From contig CAVNZM010000002.1 in NCBI GenBank assembly GCA_963693365.1, positions 2,434,259-2,498,258 on the forward strand: DNA of 64,000 bases, in the 5' to 3' direction. Within the stretch, counting starts at the first letter, position 1. Every line of letters starts with the position of its first letter. Source of the DNA: Amoebidium appalachense (Eukaryota > Protista > Ichthyosporea). Under the pieces are notes generated by a model. The model searched no databases. It had not been told where the DNA came from and saw only the letters and a list, made by a program, of their open reading frames with translations. The translations under genes and the position numbers were made by a program. Below, piece after piece: positions 1 to 15,957 of the stretch.

Positions 1-689
1 TGTCAATCCACAATCATGATTCTAACCCAATCGATCAGACATGTTGAGAAGCACCATCTGACCTCCTACACCTCCCAAATGGCGGGTTTGTCAGGTTGTA
101 TATTTTTTTTCCGTATTGATTCTACACATTTTTGTTAGAAAAACACTGGTAAAAACGACAGTCATATATAACAATTTTTACAAACAAAATATTTTTATAT
201 GTCTTTTGAAATAAGATGAGCCATATTTTGTTCGTCTTACTGCTCACTTATTTCTTTTTGGTATTCTATAATTTCATATCAGATCCATTCCTGGGGTATA
301 CAGAGCTCCGATCCGCAATATGATTGGCTTAGTAAGCACCACGTTCTATATTTAGCTACACCATCTTGGCACTCAGCCTGACACTGAAGGTCGATAAAGA
401 GTACTGTATGTACTCGGTGTACGGCGTGGGTTTCTGGGTGTCTTCGCATGCGCAGTTGTACAGTACATAAAGGGAAACATACAAACGAAAATCCACCTGA
501 ACCGACCTTAGGTTAACAGCTTACAGCTCCCCTTTCCGCTGGTGCGCGTTCATAGTTTCTTGTTGCCAATTTATTCCGTTCTCACCAGTGGGCTTGGTAT
601 CCCTGGAGGCAAACAAGCTGGGGACCGAGAGCGGTACCGGCGCGACCCCGACGCTAGCCAGTGCGCTGCGTGCTGCACGCGCAGCGGAC

Positions 690-5052
<4,363 letters not shown>

Positions 5053-5470
5053 TTGATATCTACACCCTTAGCTCTAACTTAATGGGCTTTTCTATGACGG
5101 AAAGTGTGCAAGTATCAAGTTGATATGCTGTGGGTTCGGTTAGATAACATGAAATGTATCTAATATCGATGTGTGTGATACATGACCAGTTCTGATCTTA
5201 TAGTCTTTTTGTTCTGCGTCTGGCGCCTTTGACATGCTTTTATTGTGTGTGTGTTATTCGGTTATTTTACTTTGCGATTTAAAATTTATAGCAATACAAA
5301 GATGCCTATGCACATGCTTCAGAGGCGTCAAGCATGCATGAGATGAGAAGATGAGATGGTAGTTTGATGTGTCTAGTCGTCTGATAAATAAAATGCTTTA
5401 TATGCGTCCCACTAAAATAATACCCCCCCCCCCCCCCCCCCCCCCCCCCCTTGGTGGATGACGTTGGCAC

Positions 5471-5580
5471 CCCCTGAGGATGAACTCTGCTTATTGTGCA
5501 TACTCTTTTTTTGATGGTTTGTACTCTGCATCGTGTTATCCGTTGTTCTTGTGTACTTCGTACTTTATGACCCATTCAAC
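5471..5580 (+). repeat. Short dispersed repeat (CCCTGAGGATG..CTCTGCTTAT..TGCATACTCT...CTTCGTACT...ATTCAA-polyC), copy B
   Basis: Shares its 5' ~35 nt with 4423-4458, 49932-49966 and 56390-56425, and its 3' ~40 nt with 57382-57426 and, more loosely, 50034-50070. Confidence 0.65.
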
Positions 5581-5586
5581 CCCCCC

Positions 5587-5634
<48 letters not shown>

Positions 5635-6303
5635 CGCACACACACCCTCCCCCAAAACACACACACACACACACGAACACACACACACAGAGAGAGAGAG
5701 AACCAGTGTTTTTGCCAGTTTTAAGGTTATCCAGTCATGCTCCATGCTGAGACTTTGAATGGCCGATATCCAAAAACCTTTTCTGCTACAGATGTGCATG
5801 ATCCTTTTTGCAAATACTGCTTCATATCTGTAGAGCCCCCCCCCCCCCCCCCCCCCCTCTTTGTTAGTGATGACGATGGTGAATTTCAACGCCAGGTCAC
5901 GCTCACTGAAGACCACACAGTCTCACTCAAGCACACGGTAGATGATTATCCTTATAATGTGCATACATCTGCATGTCGGACTTCACATGTATGCGCGTGT
6001 GCACGTGTGCACAGGAGGTTCAAAAACATGAGTGCATTTACCGGGCCTGATGGTGTAGAACTGCTCACACGTTTGCACACTCTTTAATCTTGATGCCTCT
6101 TCTGGATGATTTGCTGTGCACATGTGTGTGTGTGTGTGTGTGTGTGTGGGTGTGGGTGTGGGTGTGGGTGTGGGTGTGGGTGTGTGTGTGTGTGTGTACA
6201 TGTACACTGACAGTGTGCGCGCGCGTGTGTGTTCAATTTGTGGGTTCTGGTGGTGGTGGTGGTGGTGGTGGTGGTGTGTGTGTGTGTATGTGTGTGCGTC
6301 TGT

Positions 6304-6353
<50 letters not shown>

Positions 6354-6959
6354 GCCTGAGGGAGGGAGGCTGGAGTAGTTAAAAAAAAAAATTCTTAGAT
6401 ATCCTTTTTCTCGGAGACTTGAACGGGGGGGAAGCCCGGGGTTGCATTTACGCATATACCCGCTGCTGGCGTCTCCCTTGAGGTCACGAGAGTTTATTCC
6501 CAAATTGCACAGAACGGCGCTGTTACGTACTCAACTTTAGAATGTGCCAAATCCTAAAATACGGCTAAGACGAACCATATATTTTTTTCTTTTGCGCCTT
6601 CGCGAAAGAAAAGTTAACTGAAAATACGTACTCAGAGTTGTAGACAGCTGTCGTCGCAGTGCCATACATGTACACATTTATGGGCAGTAACAAAAGAGAA
6701 TTCGAAAAAAGTTCTGCCAAAAAATACCATAGCCTGTATGTCGCATTTACCGGTAGGAAAAAGGGCTATTCTAAGCGGCAAGCAACCCAGAAAACTAATG
6801 TTAAAGAAAAAGCAGCCGAAAACGTACTCTACCCGCTTTCGCTGGTCGGGCATACATTCACCCGACAATTTTTAGCGCTAACCCGTCTTTCCTGCAATTT
6901 TAGTTACAAGAAAAAGACAACCTAAAAAGTACTTGAACCCCTTTTCACGACGCATTTTG

Positions 6960-7829
6960 TTACATGGATCCATTTTTCGGGCAGTTGCAACTCTGTGTAT
7001 TCTGCTGTGGTATAGGTGGTGGCTCCTTCCTTGTCTGCACGTATATCTTTCCCGACCCAGAAAACCTGCACATGAGTCCCTCCCCAGAAGTAACCGAGCT
7101 CCAAAGAGTCGTGCTGGCTGTTTGCACGTTATAAGTCAGACCGCTCTCCCAGGCCACAAGGTGGCCGTTATCAACAGTAACAGGTCTGTTTGGTGTGCAT
7201 TCAAGTGTGTCTATCCCTCCATATCCATTGAAGACAATGTGTCCGGGCCCGGTTGCTGTTATAACAAACACACCGGCTCCAGAAAAAAACGATTGCGAAA
7301 AACTCTGGAGAGCAACGTCGAGGGTCACCGAATCATCACATGCAAGAAACGCTCCCTTTGCCATGCACAGGCTCTCTCCTTCCTGCAGATACATAACCTC
7401 CACATCACCCAAAACGTCGGGTGCCAAAAGAACCACATTGTCGTGCCCGCTGTTTGCTGTTAATGTCTGGTGGAAGGTGGACTCACTTGTGACCCATCTC
7501 TTTAACATGCCAAACACACCACCCGTAACTGAAGATCCAATGGTAACATCACCTTGCATTGCGTAAAGAGCGTCGGATTCCGATTTAATGCTCTGCCCTT
7601 GGGATAGGTGCACCTCGACAGATGCGTTGCTCGTTCCTCTGTGGCGAATGGAATAAACGGGTGTGTTTCTGGGGCGGGCTTCGGCATGGCCATCTGGTAA
7701 GTCATCGTGCATGTTGGCAAGGGGATCATAGGCAGGAGGGGCTGTGTTGTACATGGGGTAGGTAGGGTAAGCATTGGGGTGATAGTTCTGTGCAGAGGCA
7801 CCATTTACTTTTCCGCACTTGCTTGCCAT
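6960..7829 (-). CDS. AIM24 / TIGR00266-family protein, intronless, 289 aa
   Basis: Uninterrupted non-repetitive ORF with AIM24-family motifs: V-x-L-x-x-G-x-x-I-x-x-E-x-x-A, GG-x-x-G-x-LKR-x-x-x-x-ES-x-F, LAP-x-x-LGD, G-x-FLA, FSG-x-G-x-F, G-x-G-x-x-x-x-x-x-YG, VDNGHLVAW, SGEGL-x-C-x-F-x-G-x-GK-x-Y-x-QTR. It has a Pro/Tyr-rich N-terminal extension containing PPAY. Confidence 0.9.
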   Translation of the reverse strand: MASKCGKVNGASAQNYHPNAYPTYPMYNTAPPAYDPLANMHDDLPDGHAEARPRNTPVYSIRHRGTSNASVEVHLSQGQSIKSESDALYAMQGDVTIGSSVTGGVFGMLKRWVTSESTFHQTLTANSGHDNVVLLAPDVLGDVEVMYLQEGESLCMAKGAFLACDDSVTLDVALQSFSQSFFSGAGVFVITATGPGHIVFNGYGGIDTLECTPNRPVTVDNGHLVAWESGLTYNVQTASTTLWSSVTSGEGLMCRFSGSGKIYVQTRKEPPPIPQQNTQSCNCPKNGSM

Positions 7830-8781
7830 GGTGGAAAGTCAAAACGCTTTCGTGCCGGAGATCTCGAGAGTTCAATGATACGCGTTGTTTTTTCGTTGCG
7901 ATGTTTGTAACGCAAAAAAAAGAGAGAGAGATTGCAATAAGGCTGTGTTCCGTGTTCTTTCTTCAAGCTAACAGCTTTTCCTCAGTTCTGTCTAAATATC
8001 AGGGGTTTTGGCTTTGTGGGAGGCCTGGACTGTGACTTTTTATAGAGTAGGAGGCCTTGTTTTTTATACTGTGCTAGGGCGAAAACTCGGCGAACTGTCC
8101 CCAGTTCGCGCCAAGGCTTACGCAATCAAAAAATGTGCTGATTGGCTCAGAACGCACTTTTTATAATCTCCCGTTACTCCTTTTTGTTGCTGCATACTGA
8201 TTGATTTTTTTTAAAACCCAATTTTCTTTTGAATCGGGTTTAATGATCCGTTGATGAAGGCAACGTGCAGCCACAGGCTACATAACCACCAATAGAACTG
8301 AAAAAGCCAAAGCTACGAAATAAAAATAAAGCGACAAGTGACAAAGGACACCAGCGGGCAAAACCGTAAGTGTTTAAAATTCTAGCTTCCGAAACAGTAA
8401 CCAAGAGGCCTGGCTTCACAGGCTGTTTTATGCCAGAAAAAGGTTGTCACAGAGGTGCACGCGAGAACAAAATCTATATATATATATATATAAAGCCAAA
8501 AAGCTGCGCCCCAGTTTTGCCAGACATACGTTCGATACGGTCCGGGAAAAAAAAAAAAAGAAAAAAAATCCTCAGACAACTACAATTTGAACACGCCCCA
8601 CTCTAGGTGTTCTGCTTTTAGCATCAAACTGATTTGATTTGCTACTTTGTAATTATCTGAATACGATTGGATAAAACTGGGATGACTCATTTTTAGCCAG
8701 TTATAATTCGCGCGGGCTAAATTTGAACAGCTGCCCAGTCTGCCAGTGCTCCCCCCCCCCCCCCCTCCCCCCCCCTCCCCC

Positions 8782-8815
<34 letters not shown>

Positions 8816-8988
8816 CCCTGGGGCCCCCGCAGGTGCCCTCCGCCTCCCCCCGCCACACCGTTGACTAAGTTCGGCTCCCCCTGCTTTTCCCTCCCTACTG
8901 AAACACGCACGCACATGTACACTGATACAGTACAGTGTTACATACACGTGCGTGCCCGCGCGTGCACACACACACACACACACACACA

Positions 8989-9468
8989 TGTAAACAACTG
9001 TACACATGAACTGTACATGTTTACTAAAGAATGTGATCTACTAGCACACGATTCGTGCTTTGTCATGAATATCACATAAATATTATGTCCGCACCAATAG
9101 GACTCACTCTGACCTAAGAATTGAACCATATATGGTTCTTCCGCTGCATACCACATAAACGAAGTGAACCAATAAGAGGTTTGCATAAATAGGACGAAGG
9201 TCTGACTGGCTCGGACCGCACCAGAATCACGAATGGCATGTTGCCACCCGCGCTGGCCGCGGATGAACCAATCCTGGGCCTTGATCCGAAACCTGGGGGC
9301 TATATAACAAAGCCGTCCCAGTACGGGGATCACATCAGTGAAGTCTGAGACAGACTGAGTCGGCCCATAGTAAAAGCAACCTGGCCGCGTGTGCCTTTCT
9401 ACCCGTTCTCTGTCTTTATTTTGATTCAGTTGTACTCTGCCTTATCCTAACTAGTCCAACTGTTTACA
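8989..9468 (+). repeat. 5' LTR of copy 1
   Basis: 480-bp direct repeat with TG...CA ends; three CCAAT motifs and a TATATAA box at 9301-9307. Confidence 0.95.
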
Positions 9469-9469
9469 T

Positions 9470-9487
9470 TGGCGACCGCGGCAGGAC
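9470..9487 (+). other. Primer-binding site, 18 nt, complementary to a tRNA-Ser-like 3' end
   Basis: TGGCGACCGCGGCAGGAC is the complement of GUCCUGCCGCGGUCG-CCA: CCA end, G73 discriminator and a T-stem 3' strand CCUGC, as in eukaryotic serine tRNAs. Confidence 0.8.
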
Positions 9488-10537
9488 ACTGTTTTACATT
9501 GCCAACTGTTTACATTGGCGACCGCGCAGTTCAAGAATCTCGCATCCTTCGAATCTCACATCTTTCAATCAGTTCAAGAATCTCACATCTTTCAATCAGC
9601 TCAAGAATCTCCCATGGCCGATCACAATCCTTTTTACCCCGATGATAGGCACATCTTTCCTTGTCCGGCTTAGAATATATACACCTACAAGTTTGAAGTG
9701 GCCAGCCCACCTACACGGAAAGAATTGAAAGCATGTAAAACTTCTTTTGCTACGACACATCAAAAATGTGAAGAAAAACGAATACACAACGAAACAACGA
9801 ATACACGAACAAACGAATAAAGAATTGCTAACGAAGCAATGAACCAACGAAAAACGAACCATCACGAATACACAATGAAATAAAGAATGAACGACAAACG
9901 AATGCATAGAGGAAATACGAAATGAATGCAACACGAAAACAAAACGAAGTAACGAATTTATCAAACGACGAAAAACGAAAAACGAAAGCAAAATGAACTG
10001 GAAATACGAAAATGCAAGAACGAATGCACAACACTGCTTGGGTTGCAATGCACACAGCCCCCTCTATGTTAGAAAGAAAATAAAACCGTTGCCCTTGCGT
10101 GCATTGCGCTATTGCACACTGTCATCGTGTCCATGCCACCGCATGCACCTCCACACTCGCAAGCCAGATGCACGGCCACTTTCAGCACGAATGCATTTAA
10201 AGAAGAAGATAGTCGCTGTTCCTATAGCATTGAGGACATAAGGTGCTGTGAAAGTAGTTTTGCATGCATGCTTCGAATTTCTTGCTGTTTTCGAATACAG
10301 CATGCCCCATAGTTTAGCGCACAGGATGCACAACATGCGCATGAATGTATGCTGGCATGCCTAAACACATTACGAACATATGCCTCATGTATGGCGGCCC
10401 TTCCTGGTGCCACGCCCTAACGAATTTGCACTCTTGGTGCACAAAAGGCATGTAATAAAGTCGATGCAGAACTTTTGTTCATGCATGTGAAAAACAAAGA
10501 AGGTGTTGGGTACGAATTTTAAGGTGAATGCCCGTCT

Positions 10538-12040
10538 GTGGCAATACTGTGTAACATACCAATTACACTGTCAAGCCTTGCACTAGCTGCCGGCACACCC
10601 CCACCAGAACAAAAGAATGTGGTATGGGCACCGCTCCCTCACAACCCCATCATACAGTGTCAGTATTTTGGCTGGAAGCCTTTCAGTTTCGAATTACGAA
10701 TACCCTCCTTCACTACTGAAGAAAGTGACGTGGAAGACAAATACGAATACGAATGCAAGGTGTTGTTGACTAACACATCGGACCATCATGTGTACCTAGG
10801 CCCTGGTACGGAGGTGACCATGTTATTCCCTTGCAATATGATGACACTGTAACAATTTAGCACGTGCATACCCCACCAATGGGCACATGCGGGAGACAAC
10901 CCCACAAGCTAACTTATTGGGCACCTCTGCTAAAACGAATATTCTTCTCACGACGGAACAGAAGAATGCCACGAACACGAACCACACACTCACCAGGCAG
11001 CTACTTACATCTAATGTATGTAAGAAGTAGGGTGTGTGAACGGGGTAACTACATGAACACCAACACGAAAGAAAGCACAGCACAAAGCAGTTCCACGAAT
11101 ACGAATGGTTTTGGTATTCCACATAACGAACAGAACCTACAGTAGGGCCACCTACAAATGAAGCAGAGGATGGGGCACCATCCAGACCTGCACTGGAGGA
11201 TATGAAGATACGAAGCGCGCTCACGAAGTTGCTTACAAAAGAAAGGGCGACTGTGACGACTTTTCTTTTTAGGCCAAGCCTCCAGAAGAATGTATTATGC
11301 CTGGAATCCCCCTGCTCAACGAAAATGGCTGGCAAATGGGATACGAAAACTGCTCACGAATGGAAGCATGTGTTTTCTGAAGAAGACTTGCTCTGCCTAC
11401 CCTCTTCTTATGAATTATGAACCGGGTTTTTACTGGTTCTGACGGGCTGATATATTTCTTTATGTCGCCCAACGAAGAACACTTAGGGCATTTTTATTCA
11501 TGTTTTTCCCAGCTCCGATGATGCAGGGTTAAAGCTGAAAGGAAAGAAGTGCTATTTGTTCATGAAAGAAGTGGCTTTTCTGGCCATGGCGACTCGCCTT
11601 ACAGTCTTAAGGTAGAACCGGGATAAGGAGCAGTGGCTAAGCCTTGAAGCTATCCACCACTACCTGAGCTACGAAGTGACCTAAGGCTTGAGTTATATTC
11701 ATTATCGAATGCTTGGTATGATCATTCATCCACACAACCAAATTACTCGCAATTGAAAACGAATCTGCGGGAGTATCCTAAAAAGGAAAAATTCCCAAAA
11801 AGGAAAATATTACTTCTACAGAAAAAGCCAAGCACAGAGACGAAGCGAACAATTCGCACGAACACTCTGCAACAATCTTCGCCACGAAAATGAACGCACA
11901 GAAGAATGCTGCATGAATTTACGTTTTGGCAAACGAAGAAGTGCTCATAGACGTGCACAACTCTATTCAACCATCCTTGCTCTGTTCTGCCCAGCAGCTC
12001 GGCGCACAAGAATTCTCGCTGAAGGTTGTTTATCGCCTCT
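10538..12040 (+). pseudogene. Decayed gypsy pol remnants in copy 1 (dUTPase-like/spacer segment, RT, RNase H fragments; no integrase seen)
   Basis: Fragments in shifting frames: KVLLTNTSDHHVYLGPGTEVTML (dUTPase-like spacer), HEWKHVFSEEDL..LP (RT start), 11417-11590 MNRVFTGSDGLIYF..SPNEEHLGHF..CF.QLR / DAGLKLKGKKCYLFMKEVAFL.H (RT palm with YxDD missing), ELRSDL, and QEFSLKVVYR (RNase H end). Confidence 0.75.
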
Positions 12041-12096
12041 CAGCCTGGTGGTTTGCTTGTCTAACGACACCACCAGGCTCCCGACAAGGGGGGGAG

Positions 12097-12576
12097 TGTA
12101 AACAACTGTACACATGAACTGTACATGTTTACTAAAGAATGTGATCTACTAGCACACGATTCGTGCTTTGTCATGAATATCACATAAATATTATGTCCGC
12201 ACCAATAGGACTCACTCTGACCTAAGAATTGAACCATATATGGTTCTTCCGCTGCATACCACATAAACGAAGTGAACCAATAAGAGGTTTGCATAAATAG
12301 GACGAAGGTCTGACTGGCTCGGACCGCACCAGAATCACGAATGGCATGTTGCCACCCGCGCTGGCCGCGGATGAACCAATCCTGGGCCTTGATCCGAAAC
12401 CTGGGGGCTATATAACAAAGCCGTCCCAGTACGGGGATCACATCAGTGAAGTCTGAGACAGACTGAGTCGGCCCATAGTAAAAGCAACTTGGCCGCGTGT
12501 GCCTTTCTACCCGTTCTCTGTCTTTATTCTGATTCAGTTGTTCTCTGCCTTATCCCAACTAGTCCAACTGTTTACA
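12097..12576 (+). repeat. 3' LTR of copy 1
   Basis: Matches the 5' LTR except at 4 positions, all in the last ~90 nt; preceded by the PPT. Confidence 0.95.
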
Positions 12577-12644
12577 ACACACACACACACGCACACACAC
12601 ACACACGCATGAGTATGACACGCAAACACACACACACACACATT

Positions 12645-12696
<52 letters not shown>

Positions 12697-12880
12697 TTCC
12701 CTCTATTCCCCCTCCCCCCCTCTTTCTCTCTCTCTCCCCCTCTTCCCCTCTCTCCTCTCTCTATGTCGCTCTCCCTCTCTCTCTCCCTTCTCTCTCCCCT
12801 CCCCCCCCCCCCCCCCTCACTCCCTCTCTCTATCTCTCTGTCCCCCTCCTCTCCCCTCCCTTCTCTCTCTCCCCGAGGCT

Positions 12881-13098
<218 letters not shown>

Positions 13099-14268
13099 CT
13101 CCCCCCCCCCCCCCCCATGCCCCAGTTCTCCCTCCATCCCTCTCACTCCCTCCCCCCAATCTCCCCCCATTTGCAGAAAGAGCAAACCGGGGGTACCCGT
13201 AGCATTGTAATAACGTGCACGTGCACACAATGAGTAAAGCACTTAAACAAACGCAACTAAAAATTCAAAGCATCATAAGCTGAACCGCGTGCCTTGTTGC
13301 TACAAGTTACACATCACGCTTACTACTACACAGCTCTCGGCAGCCAAAGCTTCAAATTTTTTAATGTGTCATTCGCTATTTGGTGTGGGTGTCCCGTTAG
13401 GTACTCTACTTCCTTTTTTGTGGGTGTGTGTGTGTGTGGCCGAAAAAAGGCTGATTTGAGCTGTTGTAGAAATTATTTTGTGTTGTCTGTGTCGTCTGCC
13501 TGATACCGTTCACAATATTGCCAACCCTAGTGGAGAAGACCTGGGAGACATTTCTGCTGATCCGAATGGATATGAGCTTGAAAATATTCCTTTTGGGTAC
13601 CGACAGCAATAATGTGAAGCGTTGGAAAAGAAATTCGTCAACAACTGTTATTAATGGCCTTTTTTTTTTCCGGCTGTCCGTCAGTCCCGTTCTGGTTACC
13701 TGTACGAGCCATGATACCGGCATTTTGCCCTTATGCACGAATATTTCACACACCTGTGCAATATTACCGTCGGGAAAATTGAATACTGTTCTGAACATCA
13801 TAAATATATGTACATGTGTCTAATGTATGTGTTTGAACTTAATAATAACATTGTTAAGACAACACAAAAAGCGAATACATGGTAGACGTTTGGACTCGTA
13901 TAGCGTCTGTAGCACTCGGTTTGACAACCTGTCACAAGGCCTGTCAGGTAATGTTCCTGAACAGAGCTGAATGCATGCAGAAATCACCTACCTGGGAAAT
14001 ACCATGCACCACAGCAAATTAATCATATGCTTGTACGGAAACTGCTTTGACTGACTTTAGAATACATACCGTAGTGGCTTTTTCAACATCATTCAAATGT
14101 GACAGGTTTACAAGAAAGACTGCACACTTTTTTCTCCGTTTGTTTTTGGTTCGACGTTAGACTTCTTTGACATGATAATCAACTGAAGATCAGGCTCGAC
14201 CATTTCTGTTTTCGAACGTATAAAACTAGGAGACACTCACCAAAGGGCTCAGAAATTCCAAGCTGAAC

Positions 14269-15904
14269 ATGGAGAAAAAAGAACAAGATTACCCACCCGC
14301 CCGTTCGGGTGATTGGCTTTTCAAGCGCCTGGGTGCAGGACGGATGCGCACACACGCAGAGGGGGTGGTGGAGGCGGGAGAGGTGGTGGCAGACACGTGC
14401 ACACCCGTAGGGTGGGAGGAATTCACGAGCGGGGGTTGCTGCAATACATTGCTGCAGAGCATTGGGGATGCCCAGTTTGTGCTGCTGGGGGAGGCAACTC
14501 ATGGCACTAGCGAGTTTTACAAGGTGCCACTGGGTAACATCTGGTGGGAGGGGGAGGGGGGGGGGGGGGGGGGGGTAATGGAGGGGAAGAAAAAGGGGGG
14601 GGGGGGGGGAGGGGGAGAGAGGGGAAGGGGGGGGGAAGGGGGGGATGGGGATACGGAGGGGAGGAGATACTTTGACTGGAAGGGGCAAAATGGTGTATTT
14701 TTGGGAATAGAAACAAAAGGGCAGTAGAGATTCAATAAATATATGGTGTCCGCAAAATAAGGAAGCAATGAGGGCTCGAGGATAGGGGATGGAGCAGAAG
14801 AGGGAGGTCTGGGGCCATTTATAGTAATAGTAGTCATTAAGAACGCCCGCGTCAATCGTTTTGGTCTTCTGGCTTTAAGCGGGCTTCGGCCTTTCGGCAA
14901 CATATACCCCCCCCCCCCCCCCCCTCCCCCCCCTTCCCCCCTCCCCCCCCCCCTCCTCCCCCCCCCCGGCCTTCCCCGCACCTACTTTCCCAGCCTCACC
15001 ATTCTCCCTCGCTTCCCTCACTCCCCCATTCAATAAAACCATTTAATCGGAAACCTCTCCAATCCTACCGCCGGTTCTCTCCAGCCAATGATTGTTTATA
15101 CTTTACTCACCGCCAGCACAACTCCTGGCGTTGTTCTCCTTCTCATATTTTACCTTCCCCCCCCCCCAAATGTCCCTGCCTATTGAATTCACCCGTCCCC
15201 TCCCTCCCTCCTCCCCTCCCCCCCTCCCCCCCCCCCCCCCCCTCTTTCCCATAGAGCGTCTGATGCCCTCGCTCCTGCACACACACACACACACACCCGA
15301 CTTTCATCCACCCCCCTTTTCATAGGGCGTCTGATGCCCTCACTCCCCGACCTACACCCACCCCCTCCCCCCCCTCCTCCCTCCCCCCCCCTTCCCCCGC
15401 CCCCCCGGCTCTTTTCTACCACACCGACATGCAGGTTCGTACCGACCTCACCCGCCGTCTCATTTCCGAAAAAGGGTTCAGTGCGGTGGTGGTGGAGGGG
15501 GAGTGGCCTGCCTTGTACCGTGCACACAGATACATACGGGGACGTGGGGGGGATGTGTGTGCCGAACAGGCACTAGGTGACGTCAAGGACTTCCCTCTGT
15601 GGATGTGGAGAAATACGGTGGTGGTGGAGTTGTTGGAATGGTTGAGGGCACATAACAAAAAGGTATGATTGGATTCGTTTTTCATTTTGTCAATGATTTA
15701 AGATTAAATAATGTATGGTAACTGTTGCCATTGTCGGATATGAACTAGTTGTTTTTGATTATGCAGCTTGTAGAACCGTTGTCAAGCATTTTTTCCCCCC
15801 TTTATTTCGTGTCACTGAATCATAATGCGTGTAAAAAAAGGCATTTAAAAATGTTGGATATTCTTTGTGATAATGCACGTCACAAACCAACACATGGCTG
15901 CATA

Positions 15905-15957
<53 letters not shown>

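Larger units (their letters stand above)
8989..12576 (+). mobile_element. Non-autonomous Ty3/gypsy-derived LTR retrotransposon, copy 1 (3588 bp)
   Basis: 480-bp direct LTRs 8989-9468 and 12097-12576 with TGTAAACA...TGTTTACA inverted ends; 5-bp TSD ACACA (8984-8988 / 12577-12581); PBS at 9470; [14 protein letters not shown] 12086-12096. The internal region holds only broken pol remnants. Confidence 0.95.

Noticed and set aside
1-420. Possible exons of an upstream gene or of a MAPEG N-terminal extension
   Set aside because: Splice-like signals exist, but alternative joins give stops and the window edge prevents assignment.
8938-9333. Antisense 126-184 aa ORF (MIPVLGRLCYIAPRF...) present in all four LTRs
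   Set aside because: It starts at GTG, runs out of the LTR into unrelated flanks, and the differences between copies are mostly amino-acid changing, so there is no sign of coding constraint.
9596-10048. Hydrophobic Phe/Val-rich antisense ORF in the element (possible env-like gene)
   Set aside because: It is a by-product of the A-rich ACGAA block and is broken by a frameshift in copy 2.
13406-13823. Overlapping 131 aa (-) and 101 aa (+) ORFs upstream of the esterase
   Set aside because: No recognisable motif and no convincing phase-consistent exon chain.
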